A stretch of 64,000 nt of DNA from Candidatus Dormiibacterota bacterium. GTDB taxonomy: Bacteria > Chloroflexota > Dormibacteria > Aeolococcales > Aeolococcaceae. Under the pieces are notes generated by a model. That model was not told the origin of the DNA, did not search any database, and was given only the letters and a program-made list of their open reading frames with translations. Below are positions 56,119-64,000 of the stretch, in pieces. The DNA lies in contig CAVQLW010000005.1 in NCBI GenBank assembly GCA_963713485.1, positions 129,887 to 193,886 of the forward strand. Direction: 5' to 3'. Each line of letters starts with the position of its first letter. The stretch's first letter is position 1. The translations under genes and the position numbers were made by a program.

Positions 56119-57402
56119 TCACACCTCGTAGAGCACGAGCCCGGTGGGGACCTTCGGGTAGAAGTAGGTTGATTTCTGGGGCAGGGTCTCCCGGGCTTCG
56201 GACACGGCGATGACCTCCTTGGTGGTCACGGGCGCCACGCCGAACCCGAGGACCGCCTCCCCGTCCTGCACGGCAGCCTCGAGGCGGTCGGTGTCGCGGG
56301 TGTACGTCAGCGCTCCCGCCGTGATCGCGTCCGGCGAGACTCCCGCCGGGCCGAGCACCTCGGTCTCGAGGACCATGACGTCGAGCCCCTGGCGGGGCGA
56401 CTCGGTTGAGCGCCGCGGGCGGCTCAGCACGGCAGCGCCGTCCTGAGCCACCACCGCGAAGGCGTGGTGCGTCGCTCGCAGCTCGGCGGCACGGGCGAGC
56501 GCCGCACGAGCGCCGGCGGCAGGCGCCGTCTCGTAGGTGTCGTCGAGCCGGGCCCAGAGGTCGTCGAGGCTGAAGGCGATCCCCGGGCCGGGACGCACCA
56601 GCCGGTGGGTCGGCAGGATGGTGATCCCCGGGTCGTGCGCCGCCGTCAGGTAGACGAGGCTGCGCTCGAACGGCGCGTCAGTGGGCGCGGACGGATCCGC
56701 CGCACGCCGCTCGGCCGCGAAGGCCGCGGCGGTCTCGTAGCGATGGTGACCGTCGGCCACGTAGAGCCGGGCGTCGCGCAGGGCCGCGACGATCGCCGCC
56801 ACATGCGGGGGGTCCGACAGCCGCCATACCAGCAGCTTCTCGGAGCCGAACTCGCCGTCGATCCGCCCGCCGAGCAAAGCGTGCCCGGAGGTGTCACGGG
56901 CGAGCACCTCCTCGATGTCGCCGGCGGCCCCGGACCACATCGCGAACACGGGGCTCGTCTGTGCGTGCGTGGCATGCATGAGCGCGAGGCGGTCGGCCTT
57001 CGGGCCGCTCATCGTCAGCTCGTGAGGGAGCAGATCGGATCGCTCCCAGGCGGTGGCGGGGACGGTGCCGAGAACCCCGCGCCGCCGCCGCTCACCACCC
57101 CCGGGGTTCGGGAAGTGGTGATCGACGACGTAGAAGCTGGGCGCGTCGTCGCGCACGAGGACGCCGAGATCGAGCCACGATTTGAGAAACGAGGCCGCCC
57201 GCGTGTACCGGTCGCGCTCGCCGTCGACGTCGTCCGGGAGGCGTTCGCCGTCGTCGATGCGCACGATGTTGCGCATGTCGCGGCCGTAGAGCTCCTCGCG
57301 CTTGGCGTCGCTGATGACGTCATACGGTGGCGCGAGCACGCCGCCGAGGTGGACGTGCTCGGGGTTGTACCGCGTCCCCGCGAAGGGTTGGATATCGGCC
57401 AT
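56119..57402 (-). CDS. DUF1015-family protein
   Basis: IQPFAGTRYNP...LAPPYDVIS...ADGHHRYETA...PQKSTYFYPK. Confidence 0.8.
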   Translation of the reverse strand: MADIQPFAGTRYNPEHVHLGGVLAPPYDVISDAKREELYGRDMRNIVRIDDGERLPDDVDGERDRYTRAASFLKSWLDLGVLVRDDAPSFYVVDHHFPNPGGGERRRRGVLGTVPATAWERSDLLPHELTMSGPKADRLALMHATHAQTSPVFAMWSGAAGDIEEVLARDTSGHALLGGRIDGEFGSEKLLVWRLSDPPHVAAIVAALRDARLYVADGHHRYETAAAFAAERRAADPSAPTDAPFERSLVYLTAAHDPGITILPTHRLVRPGPGIAFSLDDLWARLDDTYETAPAAGARAALARAAELRATHHAFAVVAQDGAAVLSRPRRSTESPRQGLDVMVLETEVLGPAGVSPDAITAGALTYTRDTDRLEAAVQDGEAVLGFGVAPVTTKEVIAVSEARETLPQKSTYFYPKVPTGLVLYEV

Positions 57403-57435
57403 GCGTGCTGACGTCCCGGGCGGACCGTCAGCGCC

Positions 57436-59052
57436 TCAGAGCCGCACCTGGCGGAGCTGGTCGAGCTTGGCGGTCTCCCGGATCCCGTCGAGCAGCTCGG
57501 CGGTGACGGGATCGTCGATCTCCATCAGCATCACCGCGTGGCCCCGGGGACGGTCACGACCGAGCTCGATCCCGGCGATGTTGACGTCGTTGCGCGCGAG
57601 CAGCGTGGAGATGGCCGCGATGACCCCCGGCCGGTCCTGGTGGGTGACGATCAGGTACGTGCCGGAGGGTTGCATGTGGACCCGGAAGTCGTTGATGCGC
57701 GTGATGCGCGGCCCGTCCTCGAACTGGGCGCCTGCGATGCGCAGCCGCTCCTCACCGAAGACCTCGACCATCAGCGACCCTTCGGGGTCGAGGCTGCGCG
57801 TCGTCTGCCGCTCGTCGACGTCAACGCCCATGGACATGGCCACGGCCTTCGCGTTGACCGGGTTCACGCGCGTCTCGGTGAAGTGCGCGAACAGGCCGCG
57901 CAGGACGTGCGCGGTGATCATGGAGGTGTCGACGGCGGCGAGCTCCCCCGCGTAGCTGCACACCACACGGCTCAGCTTGCGGCCCTCGAGCTGGGCGGCG
58001 AGCGACCCGATCTTGCCGGCGAGCTCGAGGTACGGGCGGAGCCGCGCAAGCTCCTCCGGCAGCACCGTCGGCGCGTTCACCGCGTAGCGCGGGGTGCCGC
58101 CGGCGAGGTACTCGACGATCTGGTCGGCGACGTCGAACGCGACGTTCACCTGCGCCTCACGCGTGCTCGCGCCGAGATGCGGCGTCACGACCACCTGCTC
58201 GAGCTGGAAGAGCGGGTGCGCGGGGTCGGGCGGCTCCTTGGTGAAGACGTCGATGGCGGCGCCCGCGATGTGCCCGCCGCGGATCGCGGCGGCGAGCGCG
58301 TGCTCATCGATGATGCCTCCGCGCGCGACGTTGATGAGCCGCGCACCAGTGCGCATCCGCGCCAGCTCCGCGGCTCCGATCACGCCGCGCGTCGCGTCGG
58401 TGAGCGGCACGTGAACGGTCAGGAAATCTGATTGAGTCAAGAGTGTCTCGAAGTCGCAGAGCTCGGCACCCGCCTGCTGCGCCCGGTCCGCCGTGACGAG
58501 CGGGTCGTGCGCGATCACGCGCATGTGCAGCCCTTCGCGGGCGATGCGCGCCACCTCGAAGCCGATCTTGCCGAGCCCGTAGACGCCGAGGGTCTTGTCG
58601 CGCAGCTCGATCCCCATGAAGCGGGACCGTTCCCACAGCCCCGCGCGGAGCGACCGGTCGGCGGCGGGAAGGTTGCGCGCCAGCGCGAGCATCATCGCGA
58701 TCGCGTGCTCGGTGGCGGCGATGGTGTTGCCGGTCGGCGCGTTGAGGACGAGCACGCCGCGCTGCGTCGCCGCCTCGATGTCGATGTTGTCGACGCCGAC
58801 GCCGGCACGGCCGACGACGCGAAGCCGCGGCGCGGCATCGAGCACCTCGGCCGTCACCTTGGTCTCGCTGCGCACCACAAGCGCGTCGTACTGCGCGATG
58901 CGCTCGCGCAGCGCCGCGGGGTCGAGACCGACTGCGACGTCGACCTCGCCGGCCGCGCGAAGACGCGCGACGCCGTCCTCGGCGATGGGGTCGGCGACCA
59001 GGATGCGCGTCGAGGTGCCGGTCGCGGTTCGCGGCTCGGCGATGATGCTCAC
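57436..59052 (-). CDS. serA: D-3-phosphoglycerate dehydrogenase
   Basis: GVYGLGKIGFEVA (NAD site), NVARGGIID, HLGAST, C-terminal ACT domain. GTG 59052 overlaps the upstream stop (GTGA). Confidence 0.9.
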   Translation of the reverse strand: MSIIAEPRTATGTSTRILVADPIAEDGVARLRAAGEVDVAVGLDPAALRERIAQYDALVVRSETKVTAEVLDAAPRLRVVGRAGVGVDNIDIEAATQRGVLVLNAPTGNTIAATEHAIAMMLALARNLPAADRSLRAGLWERSRFMGIELRDKTLGVYGLGKIGFEVARIAREGLHMRVIAHDPLVTADRAQQAGAELCDFETLLTQSDFLTVHVPLTDATRGVIGAAELARMRTGARLINVARGGIIDEHALAAAIRGGHIAGAAIDVFTKEPPDPAHPLFQLEQVVVTPHLGASTREAQVNVAFDVADQIVEYLAGGTPRYAVNAPTVLPEELARLRPYLELAGKIGSLAAQLEGRKLSRVVCSYAGELAAVDTSMITAHVLRGLFAHFTETRVNPVNAKAVAMSMGVDVDERQTTRSLDPEGSLMVEVFGEERLRIAGAQFEDGPRITRINDFRVHMQPSGTYLIVTHQDRPGVIAAISTLLARNDVNIAGIELGRDRPRGHAVMLMEIDDPVTAELLDGIRETAKLDQLRQVRL

Positions 59053-60227
59053 CCGACGGTCACAGGCTCCGCGGCAGCGACGCTTCCGCGCGCCTCGGCC
59101 TGCGCCGCCGCGACGGCGAGTTCCGCGCGCGTCCGAAGACCCGTGTCGATGAGTCCCGCTTCGAGCAGCGACAGGATCGTGTACGCGTCGGCGTCGTCGA
59201 TCCATCCGAGGTGGCCGATGCGGAAGATCTTGCCCTGCAGCGAGTCCTGCCCGCCGGCCAGCACGAGCCCGTGCTTGGTCCGCAGCGTCGTGAGCAGCTC
59301 CTTGAGCGCATCCGGCGTGTCGGCAGGGCTGTGCACCGCGGTGACGGTGTCACTGCGGTGACCGTCTGCGGCAAGCAGCTTCATGCCCATCGCCTCGATG
59401 CCCGCGCGGATCATGCGGCCCACACGAGCGTGCCGCGCCCACACGTTCTCGATCCCCTCCTCGCGCAGCATCGCGAGTCCTTCCTGCAGCGCGTACATCA
59501 CCGACACCGCGGGCGTCGTGAACGTCTGCCGCCGGTCCTGGTACTTCTTCTCCTTGGCGAAGTCGAAGTAGAACCTCGGCGTTGTCGTCGTCTCGGCGCG
59601 CGCGAACGCCGCTGCGCCGACCGCGACCATCGCGATGCCGGGAGGCGCCATCCAGCCCTTCTGCGAGCCGGTCACGAGCACGTCGATGCCGAGCGCATCC
59701 GTGTCCAGCGGCAGGCATCCGGCGCCGCTGACACTGTCGACCGCGAAGAGCTTGCCGCGGCCCTTCACGACGCCGGAGATCGCGGCGAGGTCGTTGGTGA
59801 CACCCGTCGAGGTCTCGTTGTGCGTGACGAACACGGTGGTGATGCCGGTGTGCTCGGCGAGGATGCGTTCGACGTCCTCAGGGTCGATGGGCTCGCCCTG
59901 CGGCATCGCGAGCCGAACGACATCGGCGCCGTACGTGTCGCCCATGTTCGCCCAGCGGTCACCGAAGGAACCCATCGTGCAGAACAGCGCCTGCTCGCCG
60001 GGGCTGAGGAGGTTGACGACGGCCGCTTCGAGGCCGCCCGTGCCACTGCATGGGTACAGCAGCACGTCGTTGTCGGTGCGCAGCGCCCAGCGCAATCCGC
60101 CGACGACGTCGTCGAGCACCGCGGCGAACTCCGGGCCACGGTGGTTGATCATGGGACGGCTCGCGGAGCGGACCACGCGAGCGGGCAGCGGGGTCGGACC
60201 GGGAACGCGGAGTTGTGGTTCACCCAT
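59049..60227 (-). CDS. class V aminotransferase (serine-glyoxylate / phosphoserine aminotransferase-like)
   Basis: PGPTPLP, NHRGPEF, THNETSTGV, VTGSQKGWMAPPG (PLP Lys). Confidence 0.85.
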   Translation of the reverse strand: MGEPQLRVPGPTPLPARVVRSASRPMINHRGPEFAAVLDDVVGGLRWALRTDNDVLLYPCSGTGGLEAAVVNLLSPGEQALFCTMGSFGDRWANMGDTYGADVVRLAMPQGEPIDPEDVERILAEHTGITTVFVTHNETSTGVTNDLAAISGVVKGRGKLFAVDSVSGAGCLPLDTDALGIDVLVTGSQKGWMAPPGIAMVAVGAAAFARAETTTTPRFYFDFAKEKKYQDRRQTFTTPAVSVMYALQEGLAMLREEGIENVWARHARVGRMIRAGIEAMGMKLLAADGHRSDTVTAVHSPADTPDALKELLTTLRTKHGLVLAGGQDSLQGKIFRIGHLGWIDDADAYTILSLLEAGLIDTGLRTRAELAVAAAQAEARGSVAAAEPVTVG

Positions 60228-60314
60228 GGGCCGCAGTCTACCGAAGGCCGCTGCCGCGACCGCCCTCGTCAGCGCCGCCTGAGACTCGCCGGCGAGTGAG
60301 ACTCGCGACGAACG

Positions 60315-61367
60315 CTAGAGCGGGATGTCGTCGTAGACGGAGCCGTGCGGGCGCGTCGGTCGTGCAGCGACAGGGACGACCGCATGGTCCATGTGCGTGC
60401 GCTGACGTCTGCGCCGCCTCCGTATCGCGGCCCGGCGCAGCCACATCACGCCGCCGAACGCGCGGATGATCAGCGCGAAGAACAGCACCAGCACGCGCGC
60501 CACCGCGTCGTGCCAGAGCAGCACGGCGCCGACGAGCGCGATACCGGCGAGCCAGGCGAAGAGCGGTCCGAACTGGAAGCCGCCCGACCCGGGGATCGCC
60601 GCGGATGCGGGCGCAAGCGAACCGGGCGCGGCGCCGGCGTGATGGGCCTGCCGCCAGGCGAGGATCGCGTCGCGGCGGGCGATGATCGACGGCATGTACG
60701 CCTCGACGCCGTCGCGGACGCCGGCGGCCACGTCCTGGCGGAAGGAGGTCGTCGCGAGGAGGGCTGCCTCGGTGGGGTTGGTGAGGTACGCCATCTCGAC
60801 GGTGGCCGCCGGCACGCGGGTGCCGAGCCAGGATGGATCGCCCAGGGTGGTCCCGCCGTCGGGCACCCCGTCCCGCCCGATCTCGGCGCCGAGCGCGTCA
60901 CTCAGGGTTCGGGCGAAGGCCAGGCTCGACACCGCGGGGTAGGTCACCACGGCGCCGGCCGCCCTCGGGTTGGTCGAGGCGTTGCCGTGCACGCTCACGA
61001 CGAGCGCCGCATGGTGAGTGGCTGAGATCTGCCGGCGCCGGGCGTCCGTCACGTAGACGTCCGAGGTTCGCGTCATCACGACGTCGACGAGGTCGGTGCG
61101 GAGCAGCCCGGCGAGCCGTGAGGCGACGTCGAGGTCGACGTCCTTCTCGAGGAGCCCGTTGGTGCCGACCGCCCCTGGATCGAAGGGGGAGGTCGGATGC
61201 GCCGGCGTGGGCTGCCCCCCGTGACCGGCATCGACCGTCACAACGATCGGCGCAGGCGGCTTCTGCGGGGCCGCGAGGGCGTGGGACGTCGGGCCGAGGA
61301 CACCCGCGAAGATCGCGGCGACCGGGGCGAGGGCGAGGACGTGGAGAGAACGTGCCCGGTGGCGCAT
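60315..61367 (-). CDS. N-acetylmuramoyl-L-alanine amidase (Amidase_3) with C-terminal membrane anchor
   Basis: Signal peptide, VDAGHGG, EKDVDLDVA, VSVHGNAS. A C-terminal hydrophobic helix is followed by an Arg-rich tail. Confidence 0.8.
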   Translation of the reverse strand: MRHRARSLHVLALAPVAAIFAGVLGPTSHALAAPQKPPAPIVVTVDAGHGGQPTPAHPTSPFDPGAVGTNGLLEKDVDLDVASRLAGLLRTDLVDVVMTRTSDVYVTDARRRQISATHHAALVVSVHGNASTNPRAAGAVVTYPAVSSLAFARTLSDALGAEIGRDGVPDGGTTLGDPSWLGTRVPAATVEMAYLTNPTEAALLATTSFRQDVAAGVRDGVEAYMPSIIARRDAILAWRQAHHAGAAPGSLAPASAAIPGSGGFQFGPLFAWLAGIALVGAVLLWHDAVARVLVLFFALIIRAFGGVMWLRRAAIRRRRRRQRTHMDHAVVPVAARPTRPHGSVYDDIPL

Positions 61368-61432
61368 GCGCCTGCGGTCCAGTATAGGTGCGGGTTGTCA
61401 GCAAAACGAAGCTCGTGAGCGTTAGGAAGGGT

Positions 61433-61954
61433 ATGGACGCATCGGTGAGCGCCATCTCCCCCGACCAACCGCGGTCCGCTCGGGCTTTCGAGACCGCCGT
61501 CGTGCCCGACGCCCGCAGGCTGTACACGCTCTCACTCTCGATCCTGCGCGACCCTGGCGAATCCGAGGACGCGGTGCAGGAGACGTTGCTCAAGGCGTGG
61601 CGCTCGTGGCCGTCGCTCTCCCACAGCGACCATGTCTCGCGCTGGCTCACCCGGGTGTGCGTCAACCACTGCATCAGCCGGCGCCGGCACCTTCGGTCTC
61701 GGGGCTGGCCGCCGATCGAGCTGTTCGAGGCAGCCGGATCAACCGGCGATCGGGACGACGGCGCGGAGGTCGTCGACATCGATCGCGCATATCGCCGCCT
61801 GTCGCTGCGACAGCGGGCGGCGGTCACCCTGAACTATCGGTACGGCTACTCCGTGGAGGAGTGCGCCGGACTCATGGGATGTCGGCCCGGGACCGTGCGC
61901 AGCCACGTGGCGCGCGGTCTCGCCACCCTTCGGAAGGAGCTCGGCGATGCTTGA
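61433..61954 (+). CDS. ECF-type RNA polymerase sigma-70 factor
   Basis: Region 2: SEDAVQETLLKAW...WLTRVCVNHCISRRR. Region 4: LSLRQRAAVTLNYRYGYSVEECAGLMGCRPGTVRSHVARG. Confidence 0.8.
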   Translation: MDASVSAISPDQPRSARAFETAVVPDARRLYTLSLSILRDPGESEDAVQETLLKAWRSWPSLSHSDHVSRWLTRVCVNHCISRRRHLRSRGWPPIELFEAAGSTGDRDDGAEVVDIDRAYRRLSLRQRAAVTLNYRYGYSVEECAGLMGCRPGTVRSHVARGLATLRKELGDA

Positions 61955-62879
61955 TATCGATCCAGGACTCGACAGCAAGCTGCGAACCCTCTACGAGCAC
62001 ATCGAGGCCCAGACCCCGTCCGATGCGCTGCAGGGCTTCGCGCCGCCGCTGGGCCACGCGCGCAGGCGGACGCTCAATCTTGTGGCCGCGGTGGTGGGCA
62101 TCGCGGTCGTCGTCGCGGCAGTCGCGCTGTTCGCGACGGAGCTCGCCCATCGCGGCGCTAAGGCCCCGGCCCCGGCGATTTCGCCGTCCGCCTTGGCGCG
62201 CGATCTCCCGAAGCCCTCGCAGCTGACGTCCCAGCTTCCGTCCATCAGCCACACCGTGGTGGCGATCAGGTACGGAAAGGGCTCAGCGACGTTGCCGACG
62301 TTCACGCCGCAGGGCATGATCTTCGTCGAGTACGCCTGCAGCGGCAACGGCCCGTTCTCGATCCTTTCGACGAACCACAAGGTGGGCAGCACTGCGACGT
62401 GTTTCACAGGACCCCCTTCCTTCTCCGTGCTGGGCACCATCGTGCCCGCGAACCCGGCGATCGATGGGACGCCACTCACGCTGCACATCAATGCCGCAGC
62501 TTCGATGATATGGGAGATCGTTGTCTCCGACCTCGGGCCCAGCACTCCGCTGCCGGCACTTGGCGCCGGCAGCATTCCAGCCGGCGCGCGGATCGTTATC
62601 CCCGCGACCTTCGGCGTCGGGACGTCATCGTTGGAGACCTTCACCCCGACCGGTGCCTACTACGTCGTGTATGCGTGCACAGGCAACGGGACGATCGACT
62701 TCACGTCAAGCGACGATTCCGGGCACTGGGTCCGTGAGGACTGCGGCAGTGGCGCCACCCTGAACTCGGAAGTGTCCGCGAAGCCACCGGAAAGCGGACC
62801 GATCGACGTCACCGTGGTCACGGCGCCGAAGACGCTGTGGGAGGCCTTGATCTACGAGGTGACCGGCCCGAAGGCCTAG
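61947..62879 (+). CDS. putative anti-sigma factor: single-pass membrane protein with duplicated Cys-containing extracytoplasmic domain
   Basis: Overlaps the sigma gene by 8 nt. One TM helix ([21 protein letters not shown]). Two repeats: [18 protein letters not shown]...C...WEIVV and [18 protein letters not shown]...C...WEALI. Confidence 0.5.
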   Translation: MLDIDPGLDSKLRTLYEHIEAQTPSDALQGFAPPLGHARRRTLNLVAAVVGIAVVVAAVALFATELAHRGAKAPAPAISPSALARDLPKPSQLTSQLPSISHTVVAIRYGKGSATLPTFTPQGMIFVEYACSGNGPFSILSTNHKVGSTATCFTGPPSFSVLGTIVPANPAIDGTPLTLHINAAASMIWEIVVSDLGPSTPLPALGAGSIPAGARIVIPATFGVGTSSLETFTPTGAYYVVYACTGNGTIDFTSSDDSGHWVREDCGSGATLNSEVSAKPPESGPIDVTVVTAPKTLWEALIYEVTGPKA

Positions 62880-63103
62880 CGGATCTCCGCAAAGGGAAGC
62901 AGCGCGATGTGCCGGGCGCGCTTGAGCGCGACCGTCAGCGACCGCTGGTGGCGGGCGCAGGTGCCGGTCATGCGGCGCGGCAGGATCTTGCCCCGCTCCG
63001 AGAGGTACCGGCGCAGCCGGGTCACCTCCTTGTAGTCGATGAACTCGATGTGCTCCAGGCAGAAGCTGCACACCTTGCGGCGGCGGCGATCGAAATCAGG
63101 CAT
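62876..63103 (-). CDS. rpsR: 30S ribosomal protein S18
   Basis: [45 protein letters not shown]. Confidence 0.9.
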   Translation of the reverse strand: MPDFDRRRRKVCSFCLEHIEFIDYKEVTRLRRYLSERGKILPRRMTGTCARHQRSLTVALKRARHIALLPFAEIR

Positions 63104-63114
63104 GGCTCTCCAGC

Positions 63115-63570
63115 TCAGAACGGAATGTCATCGGGGTCGACGTCACCGCCGGGAACGCCTTCAGGCCCGGGGACCGGACGCGCCTCGCCGCCGGGCGCAC
63201 CGGCGCCGTCCTGGCGCCCGCTGCTGTCGAGGAACTGGACGTCGTTGGCGTTGACCTCGGTCTTGTAGCGCTTCTGGCCGCTCTGGGTGTCGTCCCACGA
63301 ACGCGTCTGCAGCCGCCCCTCGACGTACACGAGACGGCCCTTCTGCAGGTACTGTGCGCAGGTCTCGGCGAGCTTGCGCGTCCCCTGGTTCCAGACGACG
63401 ACGTCGTGGTAGTCGGTGAACTCGCGGCGCTCGCCGGTGGCCTGGTCGGTGCCGTAGCGGTTGGTGGCGAGCGCCAGGTTGCAGACGGCGGTCCCGCTCG
63501 GCGTGAAGCGGAGCTCGGGATCGCGGGTCAGCCGTCCGATCAGCATCACTCGGTTGAGGGAACCTGCCAT
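63115..63570 (-). CDS. ssb: single-stranded DNA-binding protein
   Basis: [24 protein letters not shown] fold, Gly/Pro-rich linker, C-terminal DDIPF. Confidence 0.95.
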   Translation of the reverse strand: MAGSLNRVMLIGRLTRDPELRFTPSGTAVCNLALATNRYGTDQATGERREFTDYHDVVVWNQGTRKLAETCAQYLQKGRLVYVEGRLQTRSWDDTQSGQKRYKTEVNANDVQFLDSSGRQDGAGAPGGEARPVPGPEGVPGGDVDPDDIPF

Positions 63571-64000
63571 CAGATCTCTCCTTCGTCGTCTTCGCTTGCC
63601 GAGGGGACGTCGTCCGACTCCATATCCTCATCGGCGGCGGCGGACTCCGACGAGACAGTGGCGCCCTCCAGGTCGTCGTCATCGGGCACGGGCTCGATGA
63701 CCAGCGTCTCCTCGATCTCACCGTCGGGCTCGGGCATCGGGCCCTCGTGGACGACGATGAGGTGCCGGAACACGGTGTCGTGGATCCGGAGCGCGCGCTC
63801 GATCTCCGCGATCTTGCCGCCGTCGAGGTGGAAGACGACGAGGACGTAATGTCCCTCACGGAGACGGCGAACCTCATACGCGAGGCGCCGCTTCCCCCAG
63901 AGCGTGGTCTTCACGACCTCGCCGCCGAGGGACTCGATCAGCGTGCGCACCGATTTGACCGCGACACGCACGGCGTCATCCTCCAGCTCCGGCCGGACGA
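63570..64000 (-). CDS. rpsF: 30S ribosomal protein S6 with long acidic C-terminal tail (5' end outside window)
   Basis: WGKRRLAYEVRRLREGHYVLV is S6-like. The frame stays open to the window end. TGATG overlap with ssb. Confidence 0.85.
   Translation of the reverse strand, partial: VRPELEDDAVRVAVKSVRTLIESLGGEVVKTTLWGKRRLAYEVRRLREGHYVLVVFHLDGGKIAEIERALRIHDTVFRHLIVVHEGPMPEPDGEIEETLVIEPVPDDDDLEGATVSSESAAADEDMESDDVPSASEDDEGEI

Noticed and set aside
60284-60297. Perfect 14-bp palindrome ACTCGCCGGCGAGT flanked by a GAGACTCGC direct repeat.
   Set aside because: It lies just downstream of the amidase gene and upstream of the aminotransferase-serA operon. It is most simply a terminator or insulator hairpin.

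Overview
Very GC-rich bacterial chromosome segment (third codon positions are almost all G/C) covering the replication-origin neighbourhood. The core is rpmH-rnpA-yidD-yidC-jag on the + strand, diverging from dnaA-dnaN on the - strand. DnaA-box clusters sit in both flanking intergenic regions. Around this lie housekeeping operons:
- parA-parB.
- A suf Fe-S assembly cluster: Rrf2 regulator, sufC, sufB, sufD, a Rieske protein and sufS, with sufU-sufT detached.
- Two folate clusters: MaoC-folP-folK, and folB-folD-hypothetical-folC.
- Serine biosynthesis: class V aminotransferase, serA, DUF1015.
- Gluconeogenesis and cell shape: PfkB kinase, glpX, yvcK.
- Cell-wall genes: two tandem FemAB-family genes, a D-Ala-D-Ala carboxypeptidase and an amidase.
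- copCD, ndk, lepB, trxA, an ECF sigma/anti-sigma pair, and rpsF-ssb-rpsR.

I saw no rRNA, tRNA, CRISPR array, transposase or prophage. Many long ORFs in the track are antisense or upstream 'shadow' ORFs typical of GC-rich DNA, and I did not call them.

Points that deserve a second look:
1. dnaA is split by a 1-nt frame shift between domains III and IV.
2. recF-DUF721 is inverted relative to dnaN and fused into an operon with a triple-DUF4388 protein, an Ig/TolB-like lipoprotein and a GT28 glycosyltransferase.
3. A 30-codon bridging ORF links the two FemAB paralogs through GTGA overlaps. It comes from a triplicated start module whose copies differ only at synonymous positions.
4. A free-standing LAGLIDADG-like protein lies next to parA.
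5. An internally duplicated unknown protein is embedded in the folB-folD-folC operon.
6. An sORF/hairpin/terminator leader lies in front of an ABC-2 exporter.
7. Several genes lack a canonical start codon at the expected N-terminus.

All functional calls rest on motif recognition by eye. No database search was run.
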